Shown here piece after piece: positions 16,378-17,937 of a DNA stretch of 17,937 nucleotides (position 1 is its first letter; the number at the start of each line of letters is the position of its first letter). The DNA comes from Bdellovibrionota bacterium (GTDB lineage: Bacteria; Bdellovibrionota_C; UBA2361; OMIW01). A program made the position numbers and the translations under genes. The DNA lies in NCBI GenBank assembly GCA_044345055.1, contig JBIJBT010000058.1, forward strand, positions 1-17,937, written 5' to 3'. Below the pieces are notes generated by a model, which saw only the letters and a list, made by a program, of their open reading frames with translations, did no database searches and was not told the DNA's origin.

Positions 16378-17643
16378 ATGAACCTCTGGCTTATTCCCCT
16401 TGCTCTTTTAGTACTTCTTAGCAGTGTCGCATTTGTCCCCACCCCTTCACCGTGGGTGGATCCAGCAGACGCTCTTAACTCCGGCGACATCGCCTGGATG
16501 CTCACAGCAACTGGACTTGTGCTGCTAATGACGCCCGGGCTCTCCCTTTTTTACGGCGGTATGATAGGCACTCGGAATATCATATCGACAATGTTGCAGA
16601 GCTTTATTTGTCTTGGAGTAGTAAGCATTGTCTGGGTCATCGTTGGATTTAGCCTCGCCTTTGGAGATTCTTTTTCGGGAATAATCGGCAACCCACTGAC
16701 CTTTCTTTTTTTCAAAGATGTAGGCAGCGAGCCAAATCCCTCTTTCGGAGCGACCATTCCCTTTGTCCTATTTGCACTCTTCCAGATGAAGTTTGCCATC
16801 ATAACACCGGCACTTATTACCGGTGCATTCGCCGAGCGAGTACGATTTTCTGGGTACCTTCTTTTTATCGCGCTCTTCTCTCTCCTCATTTACGCTCCCG
16901 TTGCTCACTGGGCTTGGCACCCTGAGGGATTTCTTCGAAATTGGGGAGTTCTTGATTTTGCCGGAGGAACCGTTGTCCACACTGTGGCAGGATTTGCGGC
17001 ACTTGCGGGAGCCCTCTTTCTTGGACGAAGAAGATCGCACCGCGATGGTGAATCCGTCATCCCCGCAAATATTCCATTTGTACTCATCGGCACAGGTATG
17101 CTCTGGTTCGGTTGGTTCGGATTTAACGCCGGTTCAGCGCTCGCGGCAAACCACGTCGCCTGTCGAGCTTTTTTAACCACTAACACCGCCTCGGCTGCAG
17201 CGATGCTCACCTGGATCTTTTTTCAGGGGGCGCAAGGTGAAAAACCAACAGCGCTAGGAGCGTGCATCGGTGCGGTTGTTGGGCTCGTGGCAATAACTCC
17301 TGCAGCTGGATATGTTTCGGTGAGCGCAAGTATTCTCATCGGAGTAGTTGCCAGCCTAATAAGCAGCCTCTGCGTTCAGCTCAAAAGTCGATCCCCTCTT
17401 GATGACACCCTAGATGTATTTCCTTGTCACGGAATTGGTGGAATGGTCGGGATGGTGCTAACGGCGGTCTTTGCCGATGAGCAAGGACTAATATATGGTC
17501 AGTATCAGCTTATCATTAATCATATTTTGTGCCTCGCCATCGTAGGTGGCTTTTCATTTCTCGGTTCATACGCTCTGTACTGGATTACTGACCTAATCCT
17601 CTGTACGCGACAAAAAGCAGATAACCCCTTGATATTACATTAA
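16378..17643 (+). CDS. amtB: ammonium transporter (Amt family), C-terminally truncated by an IS insertion
   Basis: Motifs LMTPGLSLFYGG, FQMKFAIITPALITGAFAER, LDFAGGTVVH, LWFGWFGFNAGS, GLVAITP and DDTLDVFPCHG, with both conserved His present. Similarity stops at WITDLI. The last 14 residues are read from IS sequence, and the usual LRV...E..GLD...HGE tail is absent. Confidence 0.92.
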   Translation: MNLWLIPLALLVLLSSVAFVPTPSPWVDPADALNSGDIAWMLTATGLVLLMTPGLSLFYGGMIGTRNIISTMLQSFICLGVVSIVWVIVGFSLAFGDSFSGIIGNPLTFLFFKDVGSEPNPSFGATIPFVLFALFQMKFAIITPALITGAFAERVRFSGYLLFIALFSLLIYAPVAHWAWHPEGFLRNWGVLDFAGGTVVHTVAGFAALAGALFLGRRRSHRDGESVIPANIPFVLIGTGMLWFGWFGFNAGSALAANHVACRAFLTTNTASAAAMLTWIFFQGAQGEKPTALGACIGAVVGLVAITPAAGYVSVSASILIGVVASLISSLCVQLKSRSPLDDTLDVFPCHGIGGMVGMVLTAVFADEQGLIYGQYQLIINHILCLAIVGGFSFLGSYALYWITDLILCTRQKADNPLILH

Positions 17644-17656
17644 AATACCCTATCCT
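17629..17656 (+). promoter_or_regulatory. candidate transposase (pIN-like) promoter
   Basis: TTGATA (17629-17634), 16 nt, TATCCT (17651-17656), upstream of the AAGGAGG SD (17674-17680). Confidence 0.45.
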
Positions 17657-17685
17657 TGAAGCGCTAAAACACCAAGGAGGGTTTT

Positions 17686-17937
17686 ATGGATAGCATCAAG
17701 GGGTTGGAAAGGATAGTACAGGCGAATATCGGTCTAAGCAAACCTCGGCAGACGTGTCTTGCGGCGATGGTAGTTGGGATTGTTCAGGCTCGCACGGTGA
17801 ATTTGAAGAGGGTTTGTCAGAGCTGTTCGTGTGATGGGCGTACCTCGTCATGGTATCGCCGTATGCAGCGTTTTTTTGCGGAGGCGGATTTTCATTTTGA
17901 TAAGGTTGCCAAGTACCTACTGTCCTTGTTCACCGAT
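17686..17937 (+). CDS. IS4-family transposase, N-terminal 84 aa (runs off the window)
   Basis: Hand translation: MDSIKGLERIVQANIGLSKPRQTCLAAMVVGIVQARTVNLKRVCQSCSCDGRTSSWYRRMQRFFAEADFHFDKVAKYLLSLFTD. The RTVNL and YRRMQRFF motifs are typical of IS4-family N-termini, and the SD is strong. The DDE core lies outside the window. Confidence 0.85.
   Translation, partial: MDSIKGLERIVQANIGLSKPRQTCLAAMVVGIVQARTVNLKRVCQSCSCDGRTSSWYRRMQRFFAEADFHFDKVAKYLLSLFTD

Larger units (their letters stand above)
17599..17937 (+). mobile_element. IS4-family (IS10-like group) insertion sequence, left end, partial
   Basis: There is an abrupt break in amt and a shift to GT-rich composition. The candidate left inverted repeat is CTCTGTACGCGACAAAAA (17599-17616). 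A transposase-like ORF follows. Confidence 0.8.

Noticed and set aside
1..17937. CRISPR array, tRNA/rRNA genes, prophage or defence island
   Set aside because: I saw no regularly spaced repeats, cloverleaf or rRNA-like segments, or phage or defence motifs. The P-loop kinase and methyltransferase look like ordinary housekeeping-type genes.

Overview
Bacterial chromosomal window of roughly 50% GC. The gene content suggests a diderm, possibly a Myxococcota/Bdellovibrionota-like lineage, but that is only inferred. From left to right it holds: an RNase II/R-family exoribonuclease (+); a minus-strand cluster of ECF sigma factor, membrane-anchored anti-sigma and exported accessory protein, followed by an unannotated 51-aa ORF; an orphan ABC-2-like membrane protein; a THUMP-type RNA methyltransferase; a small P-loop kinase; a secreted 8-Cys protein; a 1904-aa fusion of a TamB-like module, about six POTRA repeats and an Omp85 beta-barrel; glyA; and an ammonium transporter whose 3' end is cut by an IS4-family (IS10-like) element that runs off the window. 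Four observations stand out. (1) The TamB-Omp85 fusion could span both membranes as one chain. (2) The IS insertion removes the Amt regulatory tail. (3) A fold-back in the IS left end would block transposase translation from read-through transcripts. (4) The ECF module has tandem sigma70-like and ECF-like promoters. All assignments come from motif recognition by eye; no searches were run.
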